From NCBI GenBank assembly GCA_965368975.1, contig CBDUPA010000014.1, positions 96,001 through 160,000 of the forward strand: 64,000 bases of DNA, written 5' to 3'. Of the stretch, positions 18,295 to 27,663 are shown piece after piece. The DNA is from an uncultured bacterium. Lineage in GTDB: Bacteria > Acidobacteriota > Thermoanaerobaculia > Multivoradales > JAHZIX01. How positions within the stretch are numbered: the first letter of the stretch is position 1; every line of letters starts with the position of its first letter. Below the pieces are notes generated by a model. It was not told the origin of the DNA. It did no database searches and saw only the letters and a list, made by a program, of their open reading frames with translations. The translations under genes were made by a program, and so were the position numbers.

Positions 18295-18687
18295 CTACCC
18301 AGAGCCTGACTCCCCCTCCCCCCGTGGCCAGCGCAACAGCAACGGCACGCAGAAGAAGATCAGGCTGATCACGACGCAGTACAGCGGCGCCAGGGGGGAG
18401 AAGTGCTGGTAGTTGGCCGGCATCATCGACCAGGTCAGGACGCCCAGGGACGGCGGGTGGAAGAGGTAGATGAGCAGGAGCTTGCGGCGGACGAGCGGGG
18501 GTTGACCGCGCCGCCGCGCGACATACACATTTCCCGCGATCCAGCCAGCGGCAGCGGCGGTGGCGAAGACGCCTCGCAGGGTGATGGCCAGGCGGTCACC
18601 CAGGTACACGACGCCCAGCAGATGCAGCACCGACGTGGCCCAGCAGGCCAGGAAGAAGGCGAAGAGGATAGACTCGAAGCGCTTCAT
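18295..18687 (-). CDS. Hypothetical membrane protein (about 4 TM)
   Basis: Hydrophobic segments; directly downstream of gcvPB. Confidence 0.7.
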   Translation of the reverse strand: MKRFESILFAFFLACWATSVLHLLGVVYLGDRLAITLRGVFATAAAAGWIAGNVYVARRRGQPPLVRRKLLLIYLFHPPSLGVLTWSMMPANYQHFSPLAPLYCVVISLIFFCVPLLLRWPRGEGESGSG

Positions 18688-18717
18688 CCGGCCGGCTGGG
18701 TCCTCATACTCAGACGA

Positions 18718-20262
18718 TCAGGCTTCGGAGGCGTCGGCGTCCGGGAACCAGCGCAGAATGGTCTGACGGGCGGCGCGGACTTCGTCGCAGCGGCGCACGG
18801 GGGTGCTGTGCGGGGCTTCCTTGATCACCTCGGGGCACTCTTCGGCCTCGCGCGCGATGCGGCGTAGGGCGTCGATGAAGGTGTCGAGGTCTTCCTTGCC
18901 GTAGCTCTCGGTGGGCTCGATCATCAAGGCACCGGAGACGATGGTCGGGAAGTAGACGGTCGGCGGATGGAAGCCATAGTCCATCATCCGCTTGGCGATG
19001 TCCATGGTGGTGACGTGCTGGTCGTGCTGACGCTTGTCGTTGAACACGACCTCGTGCAGGGTCGGCGACTTGTAGGGCAGGTGGTAGACGTCTTCCAGGC
19101 CCTTGCGCACGTAGTTGGCGTTGAGCACGGCCGTCTCGGCGACGTTGGCCAGACCCTGACCGCCCATGGCGAGGATGTAGGAGAGGGCGCGCACGAACAT
19201 GCCGAACTGGCCGTGGAAGCTGCGCACGCGGCCGATCGAGTCGGGGCGGTCGGTGTCGAGGTAGTAGCTGCCGTCGTCGGCACGCTCGACCATCGGATTG
19301 GGCAGGAAGGGGACGAGTTCGTCCGAAACGCCCACCGGACCGGAGCCGGGACCGCCACCGCCGTGGGGGGTGGTGAAGGTCTTGTGCAGGTTCATGTGCA
19401 GCACGTCGACGCCCATGTCGCCGGGACGGGCCTTGCCGACGAACGAGTTGAAGTTGGCGCCGTCGCAGTAGAGGAAACCGCCTTTGGCGTGAACGATGCG
19501 GGCGATCTCGAGGATGTGGTCCTCGAAGACACCGAGGGTGTTGGGCACGGTGAGCATCAACGCCGCCACGTCCTCGGTCATCGCCGCTTCCAGGTCGGCC
19601 AGGTCGAGGGTGCCCTGCTTGTTGGACACCAGTTCCTTGACGTCGAAGCCGGCAAAGCGGGCGGATGCCGGGTTGGTGCCGTGGGCGGAGTCGGGGATCA
19701 GGACGTAGCGGCGATCCTCACCACGCTTGCGCAGTGCAGCTTGTGCCAACAGGATGCCGGTCAGCTCGCCCTGGGCACCTGCAGCCGGCTGCAGCGTGAC
19801 GCGCGACAAGCCGGTGAGGCGGATCAGGATCTGCTCCAGCGTGTGCATCAGCTCCAGGTTGCCCTGCACCGTCGAGTCCGGCTGCAGCGGGTGGCTGAGC
19901 GCGAAGCCGGGGCGCCGCGCCAGCTCTTCGTTGATGCGCGGGTTGTACTTCATGGTACAGCTGCCGAGCGGATACAGCGCCAGGTCGGGGGCGTAGTTGC
20001 GCCGCGACAGGCGGGTGTAGTGCCGCAGCACGTCGACCTCGGACAGCTCGGGCATGCCCTCGATCTCGTCGCGCACCAGGTCGGCGGGCAGCAGGCTGTC
20101 GAGCGCCTGTTCTTCGACGCCCGAGGCTGGTAGTTGCACGCCGATACGGCCGGGGCGGCTCTGTTCGAACAGCAGCTGCGGGTGGCGCCAGGCGATGCGC
20201 GGATGGGTGGTGCCGACGTCCGAGGTCTCGGGGGTGGTGGTCTTTTTCTCGTGGGTGCTCAT
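18718..20262 (-). CDS. gcvPB: Glycine dehydrogenase subunit 2
   Basis: YPLGSCTMKYNP, AHGTNPAS, NLHKTFTTPHGGGGPG. Confidence 0.97.
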   Translation of the reverse strand: MSTHEKKTTTPETSDVGTTHPRIAWRHPQLLFEQSRPGRIGVQLPASGVEEQALDSLLPADLVRDEIEGMPELSEVDVLRHYTRLSRRNYAPDLALYPLGSCTMKYNPRINEELARRPGFALSHPLQPDSTVQGNLELMHTLEQILIRLTGLSRVTLQPAAGAQGELTGILLAQAALRKRGEDRRYVLIPDSAHGTNPASARFAGFDVKELVSNKQGTLDLADLEAAMTEDVAALMLTVPNTLGVFEDHILEIARIVHAKGGFLYCDGANFNSFVGKARPGDMGVDVLHMNLHKTFTTPHGGGGPGSGPVGVSDELVPFLPNPMVERADDGSYYLDTDRPDSIGRVRSFHGQFGMFVRALSYILAMGGQGLANVAETAVLNANYVRKGLEDVYHLPYKSPTLHEVVFNDKRQHDQHVTTMDIAKRMMDYGFHPPTVYFPTIVSGALMIEPTESYGKEDLDTFIDALRRIAREAEECPEVIKEAPHSTPVRRCDEVRAARQTILRWFPDADASEA

Positions 20263-20279
20263 GCTGATTCCTCGGAGCC

Positions 20280-21776
20280 TCAGGCCGCGCCAGCGGACGC
20301 CCGGCGCAAGGGGGTCACATTGCCACCACGGACGGGCTTGGCGGCGACGGCTTCACCAGTGTCCTTGAGGGCGTCGATCAGGCGGTCGATGTCCTCCGGG
20401 CTGGTGCACTCGGTGACCGCGACCAGGAAGCTGTCTTCGAGCTCCGGATAGTCGGGACCCAGCGGTACGCCGGCGAGCACACCGCGCTCGCTCAGCTCGG
20501 CGAGCAGGCGCGACACGGGTTGGCTGGAACGGACGGCGAACTCGTTGAAGCAGGGCGAGCCGTCGAGCGGTCCGAAAGGACTGCCGAAGCCCGCCTCGGC
20601 CAGGCGACGGCGGGCGTAGGCGGCACGCTGCAGGTTGAGCTCGGCCAGGCGACGCAGTCCCTTGCGACCATGCAGGCCCAGGTACAGCGTGGCCCCCAGG
20701 GCGCACAGGGCCTGATTGGTGCAGATGTTGGACGTCGCTTTTTCGCGCCGGATGTGCTGCTCGCGGGTCGACAGAGTGAGCACGTAGGCGCGCTCACCGT
20801 CGGCGTCGACGGTCTCGCCAGCCAGGCGTCCGGGCAGGGCGCGCAGGAACTTCTGGCGTGCCGCCATGAAGCCGAGGTATGGGCCACCGTAGGCCAGCGG
20901 TAGGCCGAAGCTCTGGGCTTCGCCGACCACGATGTCGCAGCCGCCATCACCGGGGCTTTGCAGCAACGCCAGGCTGAGCGCCTCCGACACCACGCCGACG
21001 GTCAACGCCCCGTTGGCCGACGCCGGCACCGAGACGCGTTGCCACGGCTCGACGACACCGAAGTAGTTGGGCGACTGCACGGCGACGCAGGCGGTGTTGT
21101 CGTCCAGCTCGGACTCGAGCTGCACCAGATCGACGCGGCCGGTGTCGTCCCAGCCGATCTCGACGACCTCGATGTCGAGGTGGGCGAGGTAGGTGGTGAG
21201 CACCTGGCGGTAGTGCGGATGGACGCTGCGCGCGACGATCACCTTGTTGCGCTTCTTCTGCACGCGATCGGCCATCAGGATCGCCTCGGCGAAGCCGGAA
21301 CCGCCCTCGTAGAGGGAGGCGTTGGCCACCGGCAAGCCGGTGAGCAGCGAGATGAAGGTCTGGAATTCGAAAATCGCTTGCAGCGTCCCCTGACTCACCT
21401 CGGGCTGGTAGGGCGTGTAGACGGTGAGGAATTCCGAGCGCGTCAGGAAGCCGTCGATCATCGCCGGCGTCTCGTGACGGTAAGCACCGCCCCCCAGGAA
21501 GCTGATCAGGTCGCCGTTGCCGGGGGAACCCGCGACACGATTGGCAGCGGCCAGGCGATCAAAGCGCTGGCGCAGTTCCTGGTCGGACAGCGGACCCTCG
21601 ACATCCACATGCTGGCGCAGTCGGATCGACTCCGGCAGCGCGTCGAACAGGCGCTCTACCGAGTCGACACCCACCGCTTCCAGCATCTCTCGCCGGTCTT
21701 CGGGGCCGACGGGCAAATAGCGATGCCCCGGGGCCGTCGAGCCGCCGGGACCTTGGCGCGAATCATGGTCGGTCAT
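20280..21776 (-). CDS. gcvPA: Glycine dehydrogenase subunit 1
   Basis: EFLTVYTPYQPEVSQGTLQ, REQHIRREKATSNICTN; start set at ATG 21776. Confidence 0.96.
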   Translation of the reverse strand: MTDHDSRQGPGGSTAPGHRYLPVGPEDRREMLEAVGVDSVERLFDALPESIRLRQHVDVEGPLSDQELRQRFDRLAAANRVAGSPGNGDLISFLGGGAYRHETPAMIDGFLTRSEFLTVYTPYQPEVSQGTLQAIFEFQTFISLLTGLPVANASLYEGGSGFAEAILMADRVQKKRNKVIVARSVHPHYRQVLTTYLAHLDIEVVEIGWDDTGRVDLVQLESELDDNTACVAVQSPNYFGVVEPWQRVSVPASANGALTVGVVSEALSLALLQSPGDGGCDIVVGEAQSFGLPLAYGGPYLGFMAARQKFLRALPGRLAGETVDADGERAYVLTLSTREQHIRREKATSNICTNQALCALGATLYLGLHGRKGLRRLAELNLQRAAYARRRLAEAGFGSPFGPLDGSPCFNEFAVRSSQPVSRLLAELSERGVLAGVPLGPDYPELEDSFLVAVTECTSPEDIDRLIDALKDTGEAVAAKPVRGGNVTPLRRASAGAA

Positions 21777-21799
21777 ACGTTGTGTCTTCTTCGTCCAGA

Positions 21800-22195
21800 C
21801 TATTCTTCTTCGTCGTCGCCGGCTTGCACGAACTCGGCGTACTGCTCGGCGTTCATCAGCTCTTTGAGGTCGTCGGCCGAGAAGAACTTGAGCTTCACCA
21901 GCCAGCCATCCGTATGCGGCGCATCGTTGACCAGCTCCGGGTCGTCGGCGACGGTTTCGTTGATTTCGACGATCTCGCCGGCAACCGGCGTGAACACTTC
22001 CGCCACCGCCTTGACCGACTCGATGGTGCCGATCTCGTCGTGCGCTTCGTAGGTCTGCCCGACCTCCGGTAGCTCGACGAACACCACTTCGCCCAGCTCC
22101 TTCTGAGCGAATTCGGAAATTCCCAGGGTGCAGATGTCTTCTTCTACGCTGACCCACTCGTGGTCGGTCGTGTAGAGATAATTGCTCGGGTACAT
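21800..22195 (-). CDS. gcvH: Glycine cleavage H protein
   Basis: DHEWV, IESVKAV lipoyl-Lys motif. Confidence 0.98.
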   Translation of the reverse strand: MYPSNYLYTTDHEWVSVEEDICTLGISEFAQKELGEVVFVELPEVGQTYEAHDEIGTIESVKAVAEVFTPVAGEIVEINETVADDPELVNDAPHTDGWLVKLKFFSADDLKELMNAEQYAEFVQAGDDEEE

Positions 22196-22308
22196 GGCAC
22201 GCCTCCTCAGGCCCCTGGAGCGAGGCCGGTATCCGCGATGGGTCGCTTGGCTTTATCTGTCCTTCTGCAGGATCTGTGACTTCTTCAGGATCTCAGGCTT
22301 CTACGAGA

Positions 22309-23415
22309 TTACTTGGCGCGGCGGTAGAACGGCGTCTCCACCACACGTGCAGGCAAGCGCCGGGAGCGCACCTGCAGTGTCAGTTCGCTGCCGGGCTCCG
22401 CCATCTCGACCGGCACGTACGCCAGGCCGAGCGCTTTCTCGAAGCTCGGGCTGAAGGTGCCACTGGTCACCTGCCCGACCGGCTGTTCGCCGCGCAACAC
22501 GGCGTGGCCCTCGCGCGCGATGCCCCGGCCCTCGACTTCGAAGCCGACCAGCTTGCGGCGCACGCCGGAGTCGCGCTGCTCGACCAGCGCCTGGCGGCCG
22601 ATGAAGTCGCCCTTGGCCAGCTTGACGGTCCAGTCGAGCGCGGCATCCCAAGGCGTCGTACTGTCGTCGATCTCGTGACCGTAGAGCGCCATCGCCGCCT
22701 CCAGGCGCAACGTGTCGCGCGCGCCCAGGCCTGCCGGCACCAGGCCATGCGTCTCGCCCGCGGCCATCAGCGCCCGCCACACCTGGGCGGAGCCGTCGGG
22801 CGGCAGGTAGAGCTCGAAGCCGTCTTCCCCGGTGTAGCCGGTGCGCGAAACGATGCCCTCGACGCCGTCGACGCTGCCCTGCGCGAAGCGGTAGTAGCGG
22901 ATAGCGTCGAGGTCGAGGTCGGTGAGCTGGCGCAGGATGTCGACCGCGGCCGGGCCTTGCAAGGCCAGCAGCGCCCACTGCTCGGACACGTTCTCCACCG
23001 TAACGTCTCCGCTGACGTGCCCGCGTACCCAGTCGAAGTCCTTGGCCACGTTGGCGGCATTGACCACGACCAGGAAGTCGGCCTCGTCCAGGCGGTAGAC
23101 CAGGATGTCGTCGAGATAGGTGCCGCGCTCGTTCAGCAGGGCACTGTAGTGCGCCCGGCCGGGCTTGAGCTTACTGACGTCATTCGGCGTCAGCTGCTGC
23201 AGGAACGTCTCGGCGTCCGGACCGCTGACGCGCAACTCCCCCATGTGGGAAACGTCGAACAACCCGGCGGCACTGCGCACCGCGCGGTGTTCGTCCATGA
23301 CGCCCAGGTACTGCACCGGCATCTGCCAGCCGGCAAACTCGACAAACTTGGCTCCGGCCTCTTTGTGACAGTCGTACAGGGCCGTTTGCTGCGGATTCGG
23401 TGTCGCTGTGCTCAT
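22309..23415 (-). CDS. gcvT: Glycine cleavage aminomethyltransferase
   Basis: [41 protein letters not shown]. Confidence 0.98.
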   Translation of the reverse strand: MSTATPNPQQTALYDCHKEAGAKFVEFAGWQMPVQYLGVMDEHRAVRSAAGLFDVSHMGELRVSGPDAETFLQQLTPNDVSKLKPGRAHYSALLNERGTYLDDILVYRLDEADFLVVVNAANVAKDFDWVRGHVSGDVTVENVSEQWALLALQGPAAVDILRQLTDLDLDAIRYYRFAQGSVDGVEGIVSRTGYTGEDGFELYLPPDGSAQVWRALMAAGETHGLVPAGLGARDTLRLEAAMALYGHEIDDSTTPWDAALDWTVKLAKGDFIGRQALVEQRDSGVRRKLVGFEVEGRGIAREGHAVLRGEQPVGQVTSGTFSPSFEKALGLAYVPVEMAEPGSELTLQVRSRRLPARVVETPFYRRAK

Positions 23416-23667
23416 GCCCAGGGAGCGTACCGCAAAGCCCCGGCCGGTACCAGTCCAAATGCACTAGCTCAGATGACCAGTCCGCGCGGCCCGGGTGAGA
23501 AAGCGACGAAAAAACTTCAGGTCGCGGCGCAGGGATGTTCGATACCGAGGGTTCCAATCACAGACGCCGGCATGAACGACCCCGACCGGCAAGAGCTTCA
23601 GCTGAACGATCCGAGAACCAGAGCAAGATATCTCGACAACGAGACGATCCGAACAAGGAGACCTACC

Positions 23668-24264
23668 ATGCGCTTGATCCTGACCCTCCTCACCTGTGCC
23701 CTACTGCTCACCCTGCCCGCCGTCGCCCAGCCCCCTGGCCAATCCGGAGGTGGCTTCGGTGGCGGTCCCGGCGGCGTCGGCGGCGACGGTCCCGGCATGC
23801 GTGGCCCGGGTGGCCACGGTCCCGGTGGCCTCCACGGTGGCTTTCTGAGTCACCGCATCGCCGAGTACCTGGAGCTGACCGACGAGCAGATCGCCGCCGC
23901 CAAGCAGATCAAGGAAGACCTGCGCGCCGAAGTCGAACCCCTGCACGAGCAGGCACAGACCCAGCGTCAAGACCTGCGCGACCTCCTCGACACCGACAAC
24001 CCGGACGCCGCCACCGTCGGCCAGCTGGTGATCGACAGCCACGGCATCCGCGAGCAGGTCCGTAGTGCCGGCGAAGACGCCAAAGCCGCCTTCGTTGCCC
24101 TACTGACCCCGGAGCAGCTCGAGCTGTGGGAAGACCTGCAGAACATCCGCGACGTCTTCGGTCCCGGCAAGGGCCGCTTCGGTGGCGGTCCCGGCGCCGA
24201 GGGTGGCCCGCGCCACCGTGGTCCGCATGGTGGTGGCGAACGCTTCGGCGGCTTCGGCGGCTGA
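23668..24264 (+). CDS. Spy/CpxP-like periplasmic protein with Gly-rich tails
   Basis: AAGGAG RBS, signal peptide, LELTDEQ and LLTPEQ (LTxxQ) motifs. Confidence 0.85.
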   Translation: MRLILTLLTCALLLTLPAVAQPPGQSGGGFGGGPGGVGGDGPGMRGPGGHGPGGLHGGFLSHRIAEYLELTDEQIAAAKQIKEDLRAEVEPLHEQAQTQRQDLRDLLDTDNPDAATVGQLVIDSHGIREQVRSAGEDAKAAFVALLTPEQLELWEDLQNIRDVFGPGKGRFGGGPGAEGGPRHRGPHGGGERFGGFGG

Positions 24265-24368
24265 CGCCTGCAACTGAGGCCTGAAGTCCGATCTCTCAAA
24301 CTCGGAGGCAGAAGCCAGGAAGCTAAAGGCTCAGCAACCAGGTCGAGTCCTCCGACCTACCTTCACTT

Positions 24369-24438
24369 GCCCCCCCGGCGCCGACCTGACCTGAATGTCA
24401 GACCGGACCGCCCTGCCGGGGGGGCGTTTCTCTTTTCT
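24369..24438 (+). terminator. Long hairpin plus U-rich tail, likely intrinsic terminator
   Basis: Perfect 11-bp stem GCCCCCCCGGC/GCCGGGGGGGC with inner CTGAC/GTCAG stem, followed by TTTCTCTTTT. Confidence 0.65.
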
Positions 24439-24500
24439 GGGATCGCGGCCTGTATGATTGGGCGCATCGCCCACCCTAGCTTCAGGACCAAGGAAACTCG

Positions 24501-25619
24501 ATGCCCACGACCCAGTGCCCGTTCCGCCCACCGCATCGCCCACACGCCCGGTTCGCCCCTGCCTTGTGGCTTTCGCTGTGGGGGCTCGTCTTACCCTTGA
24601 TGCTCGCCGCGCAAACCATCGGACCCAGCGACGCAAACAGCAACGCCGAGACCTCCAACCCCAGCACCACGTCGACACGGTTCGAGCCGCTGCACCAGCA
24701 CATCCAGGAAGTCCTGGGCGACTCGCTGGCGACCGACCGGGCGGGTCTGCTGCTGATCCACGGCGGTGAGGTCGTCTACGAACGCTACTTCGGCAACTAC
24801 CATGCCGGCAGCGTCGTGCCACTGGGCTCGGCCAGCCAGTGGCTATCAGCGGCGCTGGTACTGACTCTGGTCGACAGCGGCCACCTGGAACTGGACGCCA
24901 CGCTCGCCGACATCGTCGAGACACTGCCGGACGGCACGCCGGCGCCACGGCTGCCGGACGACAAGAGCGGAATCACCCTGCGTCAGCTGCTCAACCACAC
25001 GTCCGGCCTGCCGTCTCAGCACACCTGCCTGGCCGAGCGCAATGTGACCCTCGCCAGCTGCGCCGAGCTGATCTTGCAGCAGCCCTTGAAGTCCCGCCCC
25101 GGGCGCGAGTTCCGCTACGGTGCCGCTTCGTACCAGGTCGCCGCCTACCTGGCTGAGCTGACCACCGGTCAGACCTGGCACGCGCTGCTGCGCCAGCGCC
25201 TGGGTGAACCGCTCGGACTCGGGCACACCGACTTCGGCGACGGTACCAATCCAATTGTGGCTTCCGGCGCCCGCTCCAACGCCAGCGACTACGCCGCTTT
25301 CCTCGAAATGCTGCTGCAACGCGGCCTGTCCCAAGGCCAGCGCTTGCTCAGCGAGGCCTTGATCACCGAGTTGCTGAGCGATCAGGTGGGCGACGCCGAG
25401 GTCGTCTACAGTCCCTACGAAGAGCGCCGCTACACCCTCGGTGCCTGGCGCCAGGAAGACCGCCTGAGCTGCCCTGGTACCTTCGGCTTCACTCCCTGGA
25501 TCGATCTCGACCCCGGCCTCATCGGCGTACTACAGGTCGTCGCCCGCCCGGACGTCGCCGATCCACTGGCCGTGCGCCTCCAGACCGAGGCCCGTGCCGC
25601 GCTCGAACCGACAGACTGA
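24501..25619 (+). CDS. Beta-lactamase-related serine hydrolase fold protein
   Basis: ITLRQLLNHTSGL, PGREFRYG, PLGL, GTFGFTPWID; SxxK appears as SASQ. Confidence 0.85.
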   Translation: MPTTQCPFRPPHRPHARFAPALWLSLWGLVLPLMLAAQTIGPSDANSNAETSNPSTTSTRFEPLHQHIQEVLGDSLATDRAGLLLIHGGEVVYERYFGNYHAGSVVPLGSASQWLSAALVLTLVDSGHLELDATLADIVETLPDGTPAPRLPDDKSGITLRQLLNHTSGLPSQHTCLAERNVTLASCAELILQQPLKSRPGREFRYGAASYQVAAYLAELTTGQTWHALLRQRLGEPLGLGHTDFGDGTNPIVASGARSNASDYAAFLEMLLQRGLSQGQRLLSEALITELLSDQVGDAEVVYSPYEERRYTLGAWRQEDRLSCPGTFGFTPWIDLDPGLIGVLQVVARPDVADPLAVRLQTEARAALEPTD

Positions 25620-25694
25620 GCTCGCCGCGCAGGACGGTCGCGGCCTCCCACGGCAACGGCCGGACACTCGGCTCTCCTGGTATCCTGCCGCGCC

Positions 25695-27587
25695 ATGAAC
25701 ATCCTCGGCCTCTCCGCCTTCTACCATGAGTCCGCCTGCTGCCTGCTGCAAGACGGCCGGCTGGCGGCGGCGGCAGCCGAGGAGCGCTTCAGCCGCGTCA
25801 AGTACGACGCGGCCTTGCCCGTGCAGGCCTTCCGCTTCTGCCTCGACGCCGCGGGCTTGACGGGGTCCCCCCTGACCGTCGCCGACCTCGACGCCATCGC
25901 CTACTACGAGCGCCCCGCCGACAAGCTGGCACGCCAGCTGTGGTCCAAGACGCCCGCGGGCGCCTCCCCCGACCTGCCGTGGCTCGACGCCGAGCAGCCC
26001 TTGCGCGCCATCCGTGAGCGGCTGGGTTTCGACGGCCCTATCCTCACCTTTCCCCACCACGCCAGCCACGCCGCCAGCAGCTATTACTTCTCCGGCTTCG
26101 GCGAAGCCGCCGTGCTCACCGTCGACGGCGTCGGCGAATGGGCGACCACCACGTACGGCTACGGACGGGGCAAGCAGCTGGAGAGTTTCGAAGAAGTGCG
26201 CTTTCCGCACTCGCTGGGTCTGCTCTACGCGACGCTGACGTCGTACCTTGGCTTCCGCGTCAACGGCGGCGAGTACAAGGTGATGGGCCTGGCTCCGTAC
26301 GGCGAACCGCGGTACCTGGACGCACTGCGTAAGCTGGTACTGCGTGCCGGTACTGGACGTAGCGGTACTCGGCACGAAACTCCTGGGCACGACACCCCGG
26401 GACACGAAGACGGCCAGTTCGAACTCGACCTCGACTACTTCGACTTCGTGCGCGGCCGCCGCATGTACAGCCGCAAGCTGTGCCAGCTCCTGGGCCGCGA
26501 GCCGCGCCAGCCGGAGAGCGAGATCGACGACTTCCACAAGGACGTCGCGTGCAGCCTGCAAGCCCTGCTCGAAGAGTTGCTGCTCGACCTGGTCGGCTAC
26601 CTGCACCGAACGCTGCAACGACGCGGTACGCCGTCCGACAACCTGTGCCTGGCCGGCGGCGTGGCGCTCAACTGCGTCGCCAACGCGCGCATCCGGCGCG
26701 ACAGCCCCTTCCAGCGCCTCTTCGTGCAGCCGGCGGCCGGCGATGCTGGGGGCTGCGTCGGTGCCGCCGCGCTGGCGCACGTCCAGCTGACCGGAGAGCG
26801 TCCCGCGCGGCTCACGGGTCCGGCTTCGGAACCACTGCCCCACGTCTATCTCGGTCCGTCCTGGCACCCCGACACCGTCGCCCGCCTGCTCGATGTCGGC
26901 GGCCTGCCAGCGCAGGACTTCCGCGGCCGAGAGAGCGACCTTGCCGACGCGGTCGCCGAGCATCTGGCAGAGCGCCGGACCGTCGGCTTCTTCCGCGGCG
27001 CGATGGAATTCGGTCCCCGGGCACTCGGTGCGCGCAGCATCCTGGCCAACCCGCTCGACCCGGACATTCGTGATCGGCTCAACGCCGTGGTCAAGAAACG
27101 CGAGGCCTTCCGTCCATTCGCCCCCAGCGTGCTGGCCGAACACGCGGCCGACCACTTCGACCTCGATCACCCTTCTCCTTTCATGCTCGAGACCTGCCAG
27201 GTCACCTCGACGCTGGAGCTACCCGGCATCACCCACGTCGACGGCTCGGCGCGGCCGCAAACGGTAGACCGAGCAGTCAGCCGAGAGTTCGCCGCCATCC
27301 TCGATGCCTTCCACCGGCGCACCGGCTGCCCGCTGCTGGTCAACACCAGCTTCAACGTGCGCGGCGAGCCGATTGTCTGCACCCCCACGGATGCCCTCTT
27401 CTGCTTCGCCGACTCGGGCCTCGACGTGCTCGTGCTCGAAGACCACCTGCTCGACCGCCGCGACCTGCCGGACGGCTGGGTCGACCTGGTCAACGCCTGG
27501 AAACCACCACGGCGAGCCGTGGCCCCCCAATCACGGGGTTCCCGGAACCAGAATGCCTTGCGCGAGCACCTTTACACGTTCGTCTAG
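25695..27587 (+). CDS. O-carbamoyltransferase (NodU/CmcH family)
   Basis: HHASHAAS, DGVGE, GEYKVMGLAPYG, AGGVALN, EFGPRALGARS, FRPFAP, NTSFN. Confidence 0.95.
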   Translation: MNILGLSAFYHESACCLLQDGRLAAAAAEERFSRVKYDAALPVQAFRFCLDAAGLTGSPLTVADLDAIAYYERPADKLARQLWSKTPAGASPDLPWLDAEQPLRAIRERLGFDGPILTFPHHASHAASSYYFSGFGEAAVLTVDGVGEWATTTYGYGRGKQLESFEEVRFPHSLGLLYATLTSYLGFRVNGGEYKVMGLAPYGEPRYLDALRKLVLRAGTGRSGTRHETPGHDTPGHEDGQFELDLDYFDFVRGRRMYSRKLCQLLGREPRQPESEIDDFHKDVACSLQALLEELLLDLVGYLHRTLQRRGTPSDNLCLAGGVALNCVANARIRRDSPFQRLFVQPAAGDAGGCVGAAALAHVQLTGERPARLTGPASEPLPHVYLGPSWHPDTVARLLDVGGLPAQDFRGRESDLADAVAEHLAERRTVGFFRGAMEFGPRALGARSILANPLDPDIRDRLNAVVKKREAFRPFAPSVLAEHAADHFDLDHPSPFMLETCQVTSTLELPGITHVDGSARPQTVDRAVSREFAAILDAFHRRTGCPLLVNTSFNVRGEPIVCTPTDALFCFADSGLDVLVLEDHLLDRRDLPDGWVDLVNAWKPPRRAVAPQSRGSRNQNALREHLYTFV

Positions 27588-27663
27588 GAGAGCGTCTAGG
27601 AGAGGCGCCTGCAATGAACTGAAATGAATTGTCAAACACCTCTAACTCAGCTAACGTCTACGT

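Noticed and set aside
21777-22157. N-terminal extension of gcvPA in the ORF track
   Set aside because: Overlaps gcvH in another frame; homology begins after ATG 21776.
23416-23667. Glycine riboswitch upstream of gcvT
   Set aside because: No GGAGA/CCGAAG/CTCTCAGG aptamer signatures found on the minus strand.
22276-23667. N-terminal 460 aa of the 662-aa plus-strand ORF
   Set aside because: Antisense shadow of gcvT; the real gene starts at ATG 23668 after AAGGAG.
25440-25452. GGTGCCTGGCGCC (also GGTGCCCAGGCACC near 55527, TGCCAGCCGAGT at 35688, CCCCTGGCACC near 4286) as extra motif copies
   Set aside because: Short partial matches in GC-rich coding DNA could be chance; not counted.
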